Part shown: piece after piece, positions 1 through 10,623 of the stretch
Layout: each line of letters opens with the position of its first letter
How positions within the stretch are numbered: the stretch's first letter is position 1
Assembly: GCF_001457615.1 (NCBI RefSeq)
Contig: NZ_LN831024.1
Span: 30,001-62,000, forward strand
Origin: Pseudomonas aeruginosa
Lineage (GTDB): Bacteria; Pseudomonadota; Gammaproteobacteria; Pseudomonadales; Pseudomonadaceae
Direction: 5' to 3'
DNA: 32,000 nt
The notes under the pieces: model-generated
Databases searched by the model: none
What the model saw: the letters and a program-made list of their open reading frames with translations, nothing else
Told to the model about the DNA's origin: nothing
Program-made: the position numbers and the translations under genes

Positions 1-12
1 GCGCCCTGAGCG

Positions 13-1566
13 TCAGCCTTCGTAGTGCAGGCGGCAGCCTTCGTCGGCCTGCCGGCCCAGCGCTTCGCGGACCTGCGGGCGGGCGTGGCGCAATACCAGG
101 CGGCGGCCCTCGGCGTGCAGGCGGCGGGCTTCCTGCTGCAACAGCACTGCGCCGGCGAAGTCGATGAAGTTCACCTGGCGGGCGTCCAGCACCAGCCGTG
201 GCCTGTCGCATTGGCGCATGAGGCGTTGCAGGTAGTCGCAGGCGCCGAAGAAGATCGAGCCTTCGATGCGCAGCACTTCTTCCTCGTCGTTGCGCTGGCG
301 CAGTACGCGTGGTGTCGAGGTGCGCCGCAGGTAGAAGACCAGCGACGCCAGCACTCCCGCGTAGATGGCGTTCTGCAGCGGCAACAGCAGCGTGGCCAGG
401 GCGGTTAGGCCGGCCACCAGGCATTCGGCGCGGCCGCTGCGGTAGAGCGCGCGGAGCGCCGGGCGGTCGATCAGGCCCCAGGCGATCAGCAGGATGCCTG
501 CGGCCATCGCCGGCAACGGTACATGCTCGATCAGGCGCGCACCGAGCACGGCCAGCAGTGCCACCCAGAGCGCCGAAAACGCACCCGCCAGCGGGGAGCG
601 CGCACCGGCTTCCAGATTCAGCCCGGAGCGGGTGAAGGAGCCCGCCGACAGGCTCGCCGACAGCCAAGGCCCGAGCAGGTTCGACAGGCCCTGGGCGCGG
701 ACCTCCTGGTTGGCATCGAACGCGTCTCCCTGGCGCGCGGCCAGGGCGCGGGCGATCGACAGGCTGGTGACCAGCCCGAGCATGCCGCAGGCCACCGCCG
801 CAGGTAGCAGGTCGAGGATCGATCGGGAATCGAAGACCAGCGGATTCCAGCCCGGCAGTGCGCTCGATAAGGCCTGCACATGGGCTACCGAGGCGAAGGT
901 CCCGGGTAGCGCCCAGACCAGCGTGGCACCGCCCAGCAAGCCAAGCAGCAGGGCCGGCCAGCGCGGTCGCAGGCGCCTGACCAGCAGGCTGAGCGCGAAG
1001 CTGAAGCCGCCCACCAGCAGCGATGGGCCATCGAACTCGGCGAACCGCGCCAGCAGCCGCCAGCCGTTTCCCGGCGCTGCGCCCTCCCCGCTCGCGGCCA
1101 GGCCGAGAAGATAGGGCAGTTGGCCGAGGACGATCAGCAGCGCCGCGCCAAGGGTGAAGCCGAGCATCACCGAATGCGAGACGAAATTGACCAGCGACCC
1201 GACGCGCAGGACGCCGAGCAGCCACTGGAAGGCGCCGGCGAGAAAGGTCAGCAGCAGCACGGCCTGGACGTATTGCGGGCTGCCCAGCGGCGCCAGCGGG
1301 GCCACCGAACTGAACAGCAGCACCGAGATCGCCGCGGTGGGACCGCTCACCAGGTGGCGCGACGAGCCCCACAGGCAGGCGATCGCCACTGGCAGCATCG
1401 CCGCGTACAGGCCGTACTCCGCTGGCAGGCCGGCGATCAGCGCATAGGCCATCGATTGCGGCAGTGCCAGGATTGCGCCATTCAGGCCGACCCAAGCCTC
1501 GCGCCCGAGCATGCCCCGGTGCAGCCCCGGTAGCCAGGCGAGGAACGGCAGCAAGCGCGTCCACAT
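13..1566 (-). CDS. SulP family sulfate/anion permease with C-terminal STAS domain
   Basis: 517-aa ORF; N-terminal GLNGAILALPQSMAYALIAGLPAEYGLYAAMLPV and SGPTAAISVLLFSSVAPLA are SulP signatures; C-terminal STAS-like region (LVLDARQVNFIDFAGAVLLQQEARRL). Confidence 0.93.
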   Translation of the reverse strand: MWTRLLPFLAWLPGLHRGMLGREAWVGLNGAILALPQSMAYALIAGLPAEYGLYAAMLPVAIACLWGSSRHLVSGPTAAISVLLFSSVAPLAPLGSPQYVQAVLLLTFLAGAFQWLLGVLRVGSLVNFVSHSVMLGFTLGAALLIVLGQLPYLLGLAASGEGAAPGNGWRLLARFAEFDGPSLLVGGFSFALSLLVRRLRPRWPALLLGLLGGATLVWALPGTFASVAHVQALSSALPGWNPLVFDSRSILDLLPAAVACGMLGLVTSLSIARALAARQGDAFDANQEVRAQGLSNLLGPWLSASLSAGSFTRSGLNLEAGARSPLAGAFSALWVALLAVLGARLIEHVPLPAMAAGILLIAWGLIDRPALRALYRSGRAECLVAGLTALATLLLPLQNAIYAGVLASLVFYLRRTSTPRVLRQRNDEEEVLRIEGSIFFGACDYLQRLMRQCDRPRLVLDARQVNFIDFAGAVLLQQEARRLHAEGRRLVLRHARPQVREALGRQADEGCRLHYEG

Positions 1567-1570
1567 GGCG

Positions 1571-2494
1571 CTATGGCTGGCCGCGAACCGCGGCCAGGGC
1601 GTCGCCGCCGTCGCGGCTGGTCACCCCTTGCAGCCAGGCCTCGAGCACCCGCGGGTTGGCCTTGAGCCAGGCGCGGGTCGCCGAGGCCGGAGTCGCCGTG
1701 CCTTCCAGCGCGTCGCTCATCAGGCGGTTCTCCATGTCCAGGTCGAAGCGCAGGTTGGCCAGCAGCCGCGCCGGGTTCGGGCACTGCGCGGCGTAGCCCT
1801 TGCGTGCCAGGGTGTAGACCTGGCCGCGGTCGCCGAAGTACTGCTCGCCGCCTTCCAGGTAGCGCAGGTCATGGCGGATGTTCATCGGGTGCGGCGTCCA
1901 GCCGAGGAACACCAGCCAGCGCTGGCGCTTCTCGGCCCGGCCGAGTTCGGCGAGCATCGCCTGCTCGCTGGACTCCACCAGCTTCCAGTCGCCGAGGCCG
2001 AACTGGTTGGCGTCGATCATCTTCTGGATCGACTGATTGGCCGGCGCGCCGGAGCCGATCCCGTACAGCTTGCGGTTGAAGCGTTGCCCTTGCGCGGCGA
2101 GGTCCTCGAAGCGGTGTACGCCGGCGTCCCAGACGTAGCGCGGCACCGCCAGGGTGAAGCGGGTGCCGTCGAGGTTGCGACCGAGGCGTTCGACCTGGCC
2201 GCTGGCGACGAACTTGTCGTGATAGTCCTGGTGCGCGGGCATCCAGCCGCCGAGGAAGGCGTCCACCTGGCCGTCGCGCAGGCCGCCATAGATGATCGGC
2301 ACCGACAGGGTATCGATCTTCACCTGGTAGCCGAGGCTTTCCAGGAGAAACGCGGCAGTGGCGTTGGTTACCGCGATATCGCTCCAGCCTGGATCGGCCA
2401 GCCTGACGCGGGCACAGGCGGGGTCTTCGGCGTATAGCGAGGCGCTGCCCAGGAACAGGGTGGCGGCCAGCAGGCAGGTGGGAAGCCGGTTCAT
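1571..2494 (-). CDS. choX: Choline ABC transporter substrate-binding protein (ChoX-like, OpuAC fold)
   Basis: ORF track extends to 2587, but MNRLPTCLLAATLFLGSASLYA at 2494 starts a clean signal peptide; body VRLADPGWSDIAVTNATAAFLLESLGYQVKIDTLSVPIIYGGLRDGQVDAFLGGWMP is typical of ChoX; adjacent to choline sulfatase. Confidence 0.85.
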   Translation of the reverse strand: MNRLPTCLLAATLFLGSASLYAEDPACARVRLADPGWSDIAVTNATAAFLLESLGYQVKIDTLSVPIIYGGLRDGQVDAFLGGWMPAHQDYHDKFVASGQVERLGRNLDGTRFTLAVPRYVWDAGVHRFEDLAAQGQRFNRKLYGIGSGAPANQSIQKMIDANQFGLGDWKLVESSEQAMLAELGRAEKRQRWLVFLGWTPHPMNIRHDLRYLEGGEQYFGDRGQVYTLARKGYAAQCPNPARLLANLRFDLDMENRLMSDALEGTATPASATRAWLKANPRVLEAWLQGVTSRDGGDALAAVRGQP

Positions 2495-2510
2495 GGAAGT
2501 GCCCTCGTGC

Positions 2511-4022
2511 TCAGGGTTGCGGGAAGCGCGCGCGGCGCTCGAGATCGTCCAGGTCGATATGGTTGCGCATGTACTGCTGGCTTGCATCGACCCACGGCTG
2601 GTGGTCCCAGCTGGCCAGCCGTCCTCGCGCCAGCGCGGCGGCCACCAGGCGTCGGCGGCGCTGGCTGTCGAGTACGGCGCGGGTGATCGCGGGGATGTCC
2701 CAGCGTCGCCGGGCCTCGTCGAGGAACGCCTCGAACGTTCCGCGATGGGCCGGACTGGCGGCGAGGTTCTCGCGCTCCTGCGGGTCGTTGCGCAGGTCGT
2801 AGAGCAGGCAGGGGTCCTGCTCGGAGTAGATGAACTTGTAGTCGCCGCGGCGGATCATCATCAGCGGGCTGAGGGTGCCCTCGGCGGTGTATTCGCCGAT
2901 CACCTCGTCATGCCCGCTGCCGTCGCGCAGGTGCGGCAGCAGCGAGCGGCCTTCCAGCGGCAGGCGTGGATCGACCTGGCCGCCGGCCAGCTCCACCAGG
3001 GTCGGCAGCAGGTCCACGGTGGATACCGAAGCGCCGATGCGGCGCGGCGCGAAGCGCGCCGGCGCATGGACCAGCAGCGGCACGCGCGCGGCCATCTCGA
3101 ACCAGTGCATCTTGTACCAGAGGCCGCGCTCGCCGAGCATGTCGCCATGGTCGCCGGAGAACACCACGATGGTGTCGTCGGCCAGCCCGCATTCCTCCAG
3201 GGTCGCCAGCAGCGCACCGATCTGCGCGTCGACGTAGCTGCAGGCGCCGAAGTAGGCACGCCGGGCGGCGCGGATGCGCTCCTCGGGCAACGGCTTGTCC
3301 CACAGGTCGATGACCTTCAGCAGGCGTTGCGAATGAGGGTCCTGCTCCTCCTGGGCGAAGCGCTGGCGCGGCAGCGGGATGTCCTCGTCGCGGTAGAGAT
3401 TCCAGTAGCTCGCCGGGATGCTGTAGGGGTCGTGCGGATGGGTCATCGACACGGTCAGGCAGAATGGCTGGCCGGCGTGCTGGCGAACATGGTCGTAGAG
3501 GTACTGGCGGGCCTTGAACACCACCTCCTCGTCGAAGTCCAGCTGGTTGGTGCGCACGCAGGGACCGGCCTGCAAAACCGAGGACATGTTGTGGTACCAG
3601 CTCGGGCGCACCTCCGGCTCGTCCCAGTTCACCGCCCAGCCATAGTCCGCCGGATAGATGTCGCTGGTCAGGCGTTCCTCGTAGCCGTGCAACTGGTCGG
3701 GACCGCAGAAGTGCATCTTGCCCGACAGCGCCGTGCGATAGCCGAGGTTGCGCAGGTAGTGGGCGTAGGTGGGGGTATCGGCGGCGAAGTCGGCAGCGTT
3801 GTCCCAGGCGCCGATGCGGGTAGGCAAGCGACCGCTGACCAGGGTGAAGCGCGACGGCGCGCAGAGCGGGCTGTTGCAGTATGCCGAGTCGAACACCACG
3901 GCCCGTTCGGCGAGGCGCGAGAGGTGAGGCATGCGCAGCGCCGAGCGCGGATCGTGAAGCGGCAGCAGCGGCGCGGCCATCTGGTCGGCCATGATGAACA
4001 GGATGTTCGGCGAGGTCTTCAT
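2511..4022 (-). CDS. betC: Choline sulfatase
   Basis: 503-aa sulfatase with CxPxR motif (NSPLCAPSRFTLVSGRLPTRIGAWDNAADF) and PNILFIMADQ N-terminus; beside a choline-binding protein gene. Confidence 0.95.
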   Translation of the reverse strand: MKTSPNILFIMADQMAAPLLPLHDPRSALRMPHLSRLAERAVVFDSAYCNSPLCAPSRFTLVSGRLPTRIGAWDNAADFAADTPTYAHYLRNLGYRTALSGKMHFCGPDQLHGYEERLTSDIYPADYGWAVNWDEPEVRPSWYHNMSSVLQAGPCVRTNQLDFDEEVVFKARQYLYDHVRQHAGQPFCLTVSMTHPHDPYSIPASYWNLYRDEDIPLPRQRFAQEEQDPHSQRLLKVIDLWDKPLPEERIRAARRAYFGACSYVDAQIGALLATLEECGLADDTIVVFSGDHGDMLGERGLWYKMHWFEMAARVPLLVHAPARFAPRRIGASVSTVDLLPTLVELAGGQVDPRLPLEGRSLLPHLRDGSGHDEVIGEYTAEGTLSPLMMIRRGDYKFIYSEQDPCLLYDLRNDPQERENLAASPAHRGTFEAFLDEARRRWDIPAITRAVLDSQRRRRLVAAALARGRLASWDHQPWVDASQQYMRNHIDLDDLERRARFPQP

Positions 4023-4149
4023 CGGGCGGCTTATCCCATGCGATTGGGTTATGCGATAGTGCTGCGTCGATCATCAGTGCATCGAAATCCCTGGTAAACC
4101 GCATGGGGCTGGATGCGTTGGATAAGCCGGGCTTATGTGAGAACACCTC

Positions 4150-5049
4150 ATGCCGCCATCCCTCGACCTGCTCCGGGTATTCGAGTCCGCCGCCCGCCAA
4201 CTCAGCTTCACCGCTGCCGCCGAGGAACTGGGGACCACCCAGCCTGCGGTCAGCCAGCAGATCAAACGCCTGGAGAAAGAGCTGGCGACCCCTCTGTTCC
4301 AGCGCGTTCATCGAGGCATCGTGCTCACCGACGCCGGCCAGCTTCTGCTCCGCCACGTGGCCGCCGGCCTCGAGACGATCGATGCCGGCATCGCCGCGCT
4401 GGGCGCGCGCCAGCGCCACGAGGTGCTCCAGGTGGCCACCGACTACGCCTTCGCTGCCTACTGGCTGATGCCGCGCCTTCCGCGCTTCCATCAGGCCCAT
4501 CCGCACCTGGACGTGAGCCTGGTGACCAGCGAGCGCGGCCTGGCCGGCCAGCGCGGCGATATCGACGTGGCGATCCTGTTCGGCGACGGTCGTTCCAAGC
4601 ACGGCGAAGCGCACCGGCTGTTTCGCGAGGAGGTGTTCCCGGTCTGTAGCCCGCGGCTGGTCGAGGGATTGCAGTTGCCGCTGGCCAAGGCGCACCTGGC
4701 GCGCCTGCCGATGCTGCATCTGAAGCCGGCGCAGCACGCCCGCTGGTTCGACTGGCCGGCGTTGTTCGAAGCGTTGGCCATCGATCGGCAGCCGATTCCG
4801 GCGGTGCTCAGCTTCGACAACTACACCTTGCTGATCCAGGCGGCCATCGCCGGCCAGGGCGTGGCCATCGGCTGGCGCCACCTGGTCGACGGCCTGCTCG
4901 AACAGGGGCTGCTTTGCCGGCCCATTGGCGAGAGCTGCCTGTCGCGATACGGGTACTATGCGGTATTGCCGGAGCGCAAGCGGCGCCAGCGGCTGGTCGA
5001 CGGTTTCGTCGACTGGCTGCAGGCCGAGTTGCAGGCCGGCGGCGCTTGA
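4150..5049 (+). CDS. LysR-family transcriptional regulator, divergent from betC
   Basis: N-terminal HTH LLRVFESAARQLSFTAAAEELGTTQPAVSQQIKRLEKELATPLFQR; divergent to the choline-sulfate operon. Confidence 0.93.
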   Translation: MPPSLDLLRVFESAARQLSFTAAAEELGTTQPAVSQQIKRLEKELATPLFQRVHRGIVLTDAGQLLLRHVAAGLETIDAGIAALGARQRHEVLQVATDYAFAAYWLMPRLPRFHQAHPHLDVSLVTSERGLAGQRGDIDVAILFGDGRSKHGEAHRLFREEVFPVCSPRLVEGLQLPLAKAHLARLPMLHLKPAQHARWFDWPALFEALAIDRQPIPAVLSFDNYTLLIQAAIAGQGVAIGWRHLVDGLLEQGLLCRPIGESCLSRYGYYAVLPERKRRQRLVDGFVDWLQAELQAGGA

Positions 5050-5059
5050 AGAGGTGACG

Positions 5060-5437
5060 ATGAACGAGTATTCCACCCCCCGCATCCAGGGCTTCCATGC
5101 TCACGTCTATTTCGATGCGCAGAGCATCGAGCGAGCCCGCGCCCTTTGCGAAGAGGCGGCGCGGCGCTTTCCGCTGAAGATGGGGCGGGTCCATGAGCGG
5201 CCGGTAGGGCCGCATCCGGACTGGAGCTGCCAGCTGGCGTTCGCTCCCGAGGTGTTCGGCGAGCTGGTGCCCTGGCTGGCCATCCATCGGCAGGACCTGG
5301 TGGTGTTCATCCACCCGGTTACCGGCAACGATCTGCTCGACCATCGCGACCGAGCCATCTGGATGGGAGCCATTCGCCCGCTGGACCTGTCGATCCTGGA
5401 CGAAGGCCCGCAACGCTATGACTTCGCCGTGCCTTGA
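5060..5437 (+). CDS. DOPA 4,5-dioxygenase family protein
   Basis: In-frame ATG at 5060 inside the tracked ORF; product MNEYSTPRIQGFHAHVYFDAQSIERARALCEEAARRF...HPDWSCQLAF...LVVFIHPVTGNDLLDHRDRAIWMG matches the DOPA-dioxygenase-like family. Confidence 0.85.
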   Translation: MNEYSTPRIQGFHAHVYFDAQSIERARALCEEAARRFPLKMGRVHERPVGPHPDWSCQLAFAPEVFGELVPWLAIHRQDLVVFIHPVTGNDLLDHRDRAIWMGAIRPLDLSILDEGPQRYDFAVP

Positions 5438-5781
5438 GGCGCGGTCATCGTCATCCAGTCGTGCAGTTCGCATTGCAGCTCGCCCAGTGCCGTCACCAGG
5501 TCGTCGACGGCATCGGCGAGCTTGCGCACGGAGCTTTCGCCGCAGGCGATCTCCAGTTGGTGGCAGGCGCGTTCCACGGCGTGGGCGTGGATCAGCGAGG
5601 CCATGCCCGCCAGGCGGTGCGCCAGCTCGTTGAGTTCCTGGGTCTGCTCGCGCTCCTGGGCGCGTCGCAGCTTGCGGGTGTCTTCGTTGTTGCTGGTCAT
5701 CAGCTGCGCGACGAGCAGGCGGCTGATCTCCGGTTGGTTGGCGCGGTCGCCCAGGGCGGCGGTCAGGTCGAACGTTCGCAT
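5416..5781 (-). CDS. hptC: Histidine phosphotransfer (Hpt) domain protein
   Basis: 121-aa ORF with Hpt core LNELAHRLAGMASLIHAHAVERACHQLEIAC; located 7 bp after a response regulator gene. Confidence 0.75.
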   Translation of the reverse strand: MRTFDLTAALGDRANQPEISRLLVAQLMTSNNEDTRKLRRAQEREQTQELNELAHRLAGMASLIHAHAVERACHQLEIACGESSVRKLADAVDDLVTALGELQCELHDWMTMTAPQGTAKS

Positions 5782-5788
5782 GGGATCC

Positions 5789-6412
5789 TCAGATCAGCTC
5801 GTGGCGGCGGGCGAAATCGATCAGGCCGGCCAGGGAATGGGCGTTGAGTTTCAGCATGATGCGTGACTTGTAGGTGCTCACGGTTTTCTCGCTGAGGAAC
5901 AGCTGCTGGGCGATGGCCTTGTTGGTGTTGCCGTTGGCCAGGTACTGCAGCACGGTCATCTCGCGGTCGGAAAGGCTTTCCAGCATGCGGGCCTCGTTGT
6001 CGCGGCTCTGCTGGTTGATGCTGCGCAACGCCCCGGTGGGGAAGTGGATGTAGCCGGCCAGCACGGCCTTGGCGGCGAGCAGCAGCTCGGAGAGGTTTTC
6101 CCTTTTGCTGACGAAGCCCATGGCGCCGGCCTGCAGGCAGCGCGGGGCGAACTGCGCCGGATTCTGCCGGGTCAGGACCAGGACCTTGGTGTCCAGCTTC
6201 AGGGACTTCAGGCGGGCTATCACTTCGAGACCGTCGATCTTGGGGATGCCGATGTCCAGGATGGCCAGGTCGGGAGACTTCTTGCGGGCTACCTGCAGGG
6301 CTTCGGCACCGTTGTCGGCCTCGCCGACGATGGTGAAACCGTCGCGCTCGAACAGCAAGCGCACGGCCAGGCGGATAGCGGGATGATCATCGACGATCAG
6401 CACCTTACTCAT
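5789..6412 (-). CDS. Two-component response regulator, NarL/FixJ (LuxR) type
   Basis: Receiver MSKVLIVDDHPAIRLAVRLLFERDGFTIVGEADNG...DLAILDIGIPKIDG...KVLVLT and HTH LSDREMTVLQYLANGNTNKAIAQQLFLSEKTVSTYKSRIMLKL. Confidence 0.94.
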   Translation of the reverse strand: MSKVLIVDDHPAIRLAVRLLFERDGFTIVGEADNGAEALQVARKKSPDLAILDIGIPKIDGLEVIARLKSLKLDTKVLVLTRQNPAQFAPRCLQAGAMGFVSKRENLSELLLAAKAVLAGYIHFPTGALRSINQQSRDNEARMLESLSDREMTVLQYLANGNTNKAIAQQLFLSEKTVSTYKSRIMLKLNAHSLAGLIDFARRHELI

Positions 6413-6597
6413 GCGAACCTTCTTTGAATGCGTTGGCTATTTGGGTGAGGCGCTATTCAAGGCTTCGGCAGAGTCGGCGGACAATAAGACGTTTCTGAAA
6501 GTGACCGTGAATTTTTCCTCACGGTTCTGGCAGCGTGCAACGCAAGGCCAGGCGCAGCGGGTTGCCTGCGCCTGGAGAATGCCGCTGTCAGGGTCTG

Positions 6598-8712
<2,115 letters not shown>

Positions 8713-9600
8713 ATGAGCCGCGACCTGCCCTCCCTGAATGCCCTGCGCGCTTTCGAAGCCGCTGCCCGGTTGCACAGCATCAGCCTGGCGGCCGAGGAAC
8801 TGCACGTTACCCATGGCGCCGTGAGCCGGCAGGTGCGGTTGCTCGAGGACGATCTCGGGGTGGCCCTGTTCGGCAAGGATGGACGCGGCGTAAAACTCAC
8901 CGATTCCGGCGTTCGCCTGCGTGACGCCTGCGGCGATGCGTTCGAGCGACTGCGTGGCGTCTGTGCCGAGCTGCGCCGGCAGACCGCCGAGGCCCCGTTC
9001 GTCCTCGGCGTACCCGGCAGCCTGCTGGCGCGCTGGTTCATCCCGCGGCTGGACCAGCTCAACCGTGCCCTCCCCGACCTGCGCCTGCAACTGTCCACCA
9101 GCGAGGGCGAGTTCGATCCGCGTCGTCCCGGCCTGGACGCCATGCTCTGGTTCGCCGAGCCGCCCTGGCCGGCGGACATGCAGGTCTTCGAACTGGCGCC
9201 CGAGCGCATGGGCCCGGTGGTCAGCCCGCGCCTGGCGCAGGAAACCGGCCTGGCCCAGGCGCCCGCCGCGCGGCTGTTGCAGGAGCCGCTGCTGCATACC
9301 GCCTCGCGACCCCAGGCCTGGCCGGCCTGGGCCGCGAGCCAGGGGCTGGCGGCGGAGGCGCTGCGCTATGGCCAGGGGTTCGAGCATCTCTACTACCTGC
9401 TGGAAGCGGCGGTGGCGGGCCTCGGCGTGGCCATCGCCCCGGAGGCGCTGGTCCGCGACGATCTCGCCGCGGGCCGCCTGGCGGCGCCCTGGGGCTTCAT
9501 CGAGACCGATGCGCGCCTGGCCCTGTGGGTACCGGCACGCCTCCACGATCCGCGTGCCGGGCGCCTGGCGCAATGGTTGCGGGAGCAGTTGGCAGGCTGA
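8713..9600 (+). CDS. trpI: LysR-family activator of trpBA
   Basis: [63 protein letters not shown]; divergent to trpBA. Confidence 0.95.
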   Translation: MSRDLPSLNALRAFEAAARLHSISLAAEELHVTHGAVSRQVRLLEDDLGVALFGKDGRGVKLTDSGVRLRDACGDAFERLRGVCAELRRQTAEAPFVLGVPGSLLARWFIPRLDQLNRALPDLRLQLSTSEGEFDPRRPGLDAMLWFAEPPWPADMQVFELAPERMGPVVSPRLAQETGLAQAPAARLLQEPLLHTASRPQAWPAWAASQGLAAEALRYGQGFEHLYYLLEAAVAGLGVAIAPEALVRDDLAAGRLAAPWGFIETDARLALWVPARLHDPRAGRLAQWLREQLAG

Positions 9601-9700
9601 GCGCTGGCGATTTGCTGCACTTTTCCGGCTCGGCTAGTGTCCATTGAACAGAGGCGCCCGCCGGGCGCGAAGAACCAGGCATCGTCCGGGGAGAGAGTTC

Positions 9701-9916
9701 ATGTCCAATCACCACACCTACAAGAAGATCGAACTGGTCGGCTCGTCCAAGACCAGCATCGAGGACGCCATCAACAACGCCCTCGCCGAAGCGGCGAAGA
9801 GCATCCAGCATCTGGAATGGTTCGAGGTGGTGGATACCCGCGGGCACATCGAGAACGGCGCCGTCGGCCATTACCAGGTGACCCTGAAAGTAGGGTTCCG
9901 TATCGCCAATAGCTGA
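9701..9916 (+). CDS. Dodecin family flavin-binding protein
   Basis: Start ATG 9701; [68 protein letters not shown] is dodecin-like. Confidence 0.92.
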   Translation: MSNHHTYKKIELVGSSKTSIEDAINNALAEAAKSIQHLEWFEVVDTRGHIENGAVGHYQVTLKVGFRIANS

Positions 9917-10105
9917 TGGCACCCTGGAAACCTGTCCACGATCGCCTGCGCCCTGGAAAGGCCGCCGTGTCTTTCCGCTTCGCCGGATCATGCACAGGCT
10001 ATGAGGGCGGCGTGCCTCCATGGGCGGCGCGCTCGTCTCAACCTTGCCGCATTTGGCAAGCCTGACCCGTTCGGGTCTTCATCCATGCAACGAGGGAATG
10101 TGTTC

Positions 10106-10327
10106 ATGAAGAAGTTGATGTTGGCAGTCGGCCTGTTTGCCGTGGCGGGCAGCGCATTCGCCGCCAAGCCCTGTGAGGAACTGAAAGCCGAGATCGATGC
10201 GAAGATCAAGGCCAACGGCGTTCCTGCCTACACCCTGGAAATCGTCGACAAGGGCAGCGTCACCGACAAGAAGGTAGTCGGCACCTGCGACGGCGGCACC
10301 AAGGAAATCGTCTACCAGCGCGGCTGA
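10106..10327 (+). CDS. Small secreted protein, DUF1161-like
   Basis: Start ATG 10106; signal peptide MKKLMLAVGLFAVAGSAFA then AKPCEELKAEIDAKIKANGVPAYTLEIV...GTCDGGTKEIVYQRG. Confidence 0.85.
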   Translation: MKKLMLAVGLFAVAGSAFAAKPCEELKAEIDAKIKANGVPAYTLEIVDKGSVTDKKVVGTCDGGTKEIVYQRG

Positions 10328-10354
10328 TGCAGCGCCTGCGACGAGCAGTATCCG

Positions 10355-10391
10355 GGGCCGGCTTTCCCATGGGAGCCGGCCCTTTCTTTTT
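10355..10391 (+). terminator. Rho-independent terminator downstream of the small secreted protein gene
   Basis: GGGCCGGCT-ttcccatggg-AGCCGGCCC perfect 9-bp stem followed by TTTCTTTTT. Confidence 0.85.
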
Positions 10392-10623
10392 GCCGCGATG
10401 AGTACCCTGCCAACGATGGGTCTTGTTGCAGTTCGTCGAGAAAGCGTGCCATCTAACGGATTAATCCAAAAGTCTGTGTTAGGTTTTTCGGCACGCCCAG
10501 ATGGCCTTGTGCCTTACCTCCGGATTGTCCGACTCATGGAAGACGGATTTCGGAATATTCCTGCTTACCCGCTGTAGCCGCTGGGCCAACATCGCGCCTT
10601 TCTGTATTTCAAGGAATGAAATC

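Noticed and set aside
4034-4055. ATGCGAT-TGGGTT-ATGCGAT direct repeat in the betC/LysR intergenic region
   Set aside because: Could be a LysR-type operator but a 7-bp repeat is too weak to call without comparative data.
2358-4097. Plus-strand 579-aa ORF
   Set aside because: Antisense shadow of betC with no recognisable domains.
2908-5085. Minus-strand 725-aa ORF opposite the LysR gene and overlapping betC
   Set aside because: Translation over betC is an out-of-frame R/A/G/P-rich read; betC and the LysR gene have clear family signatures in the other frames.
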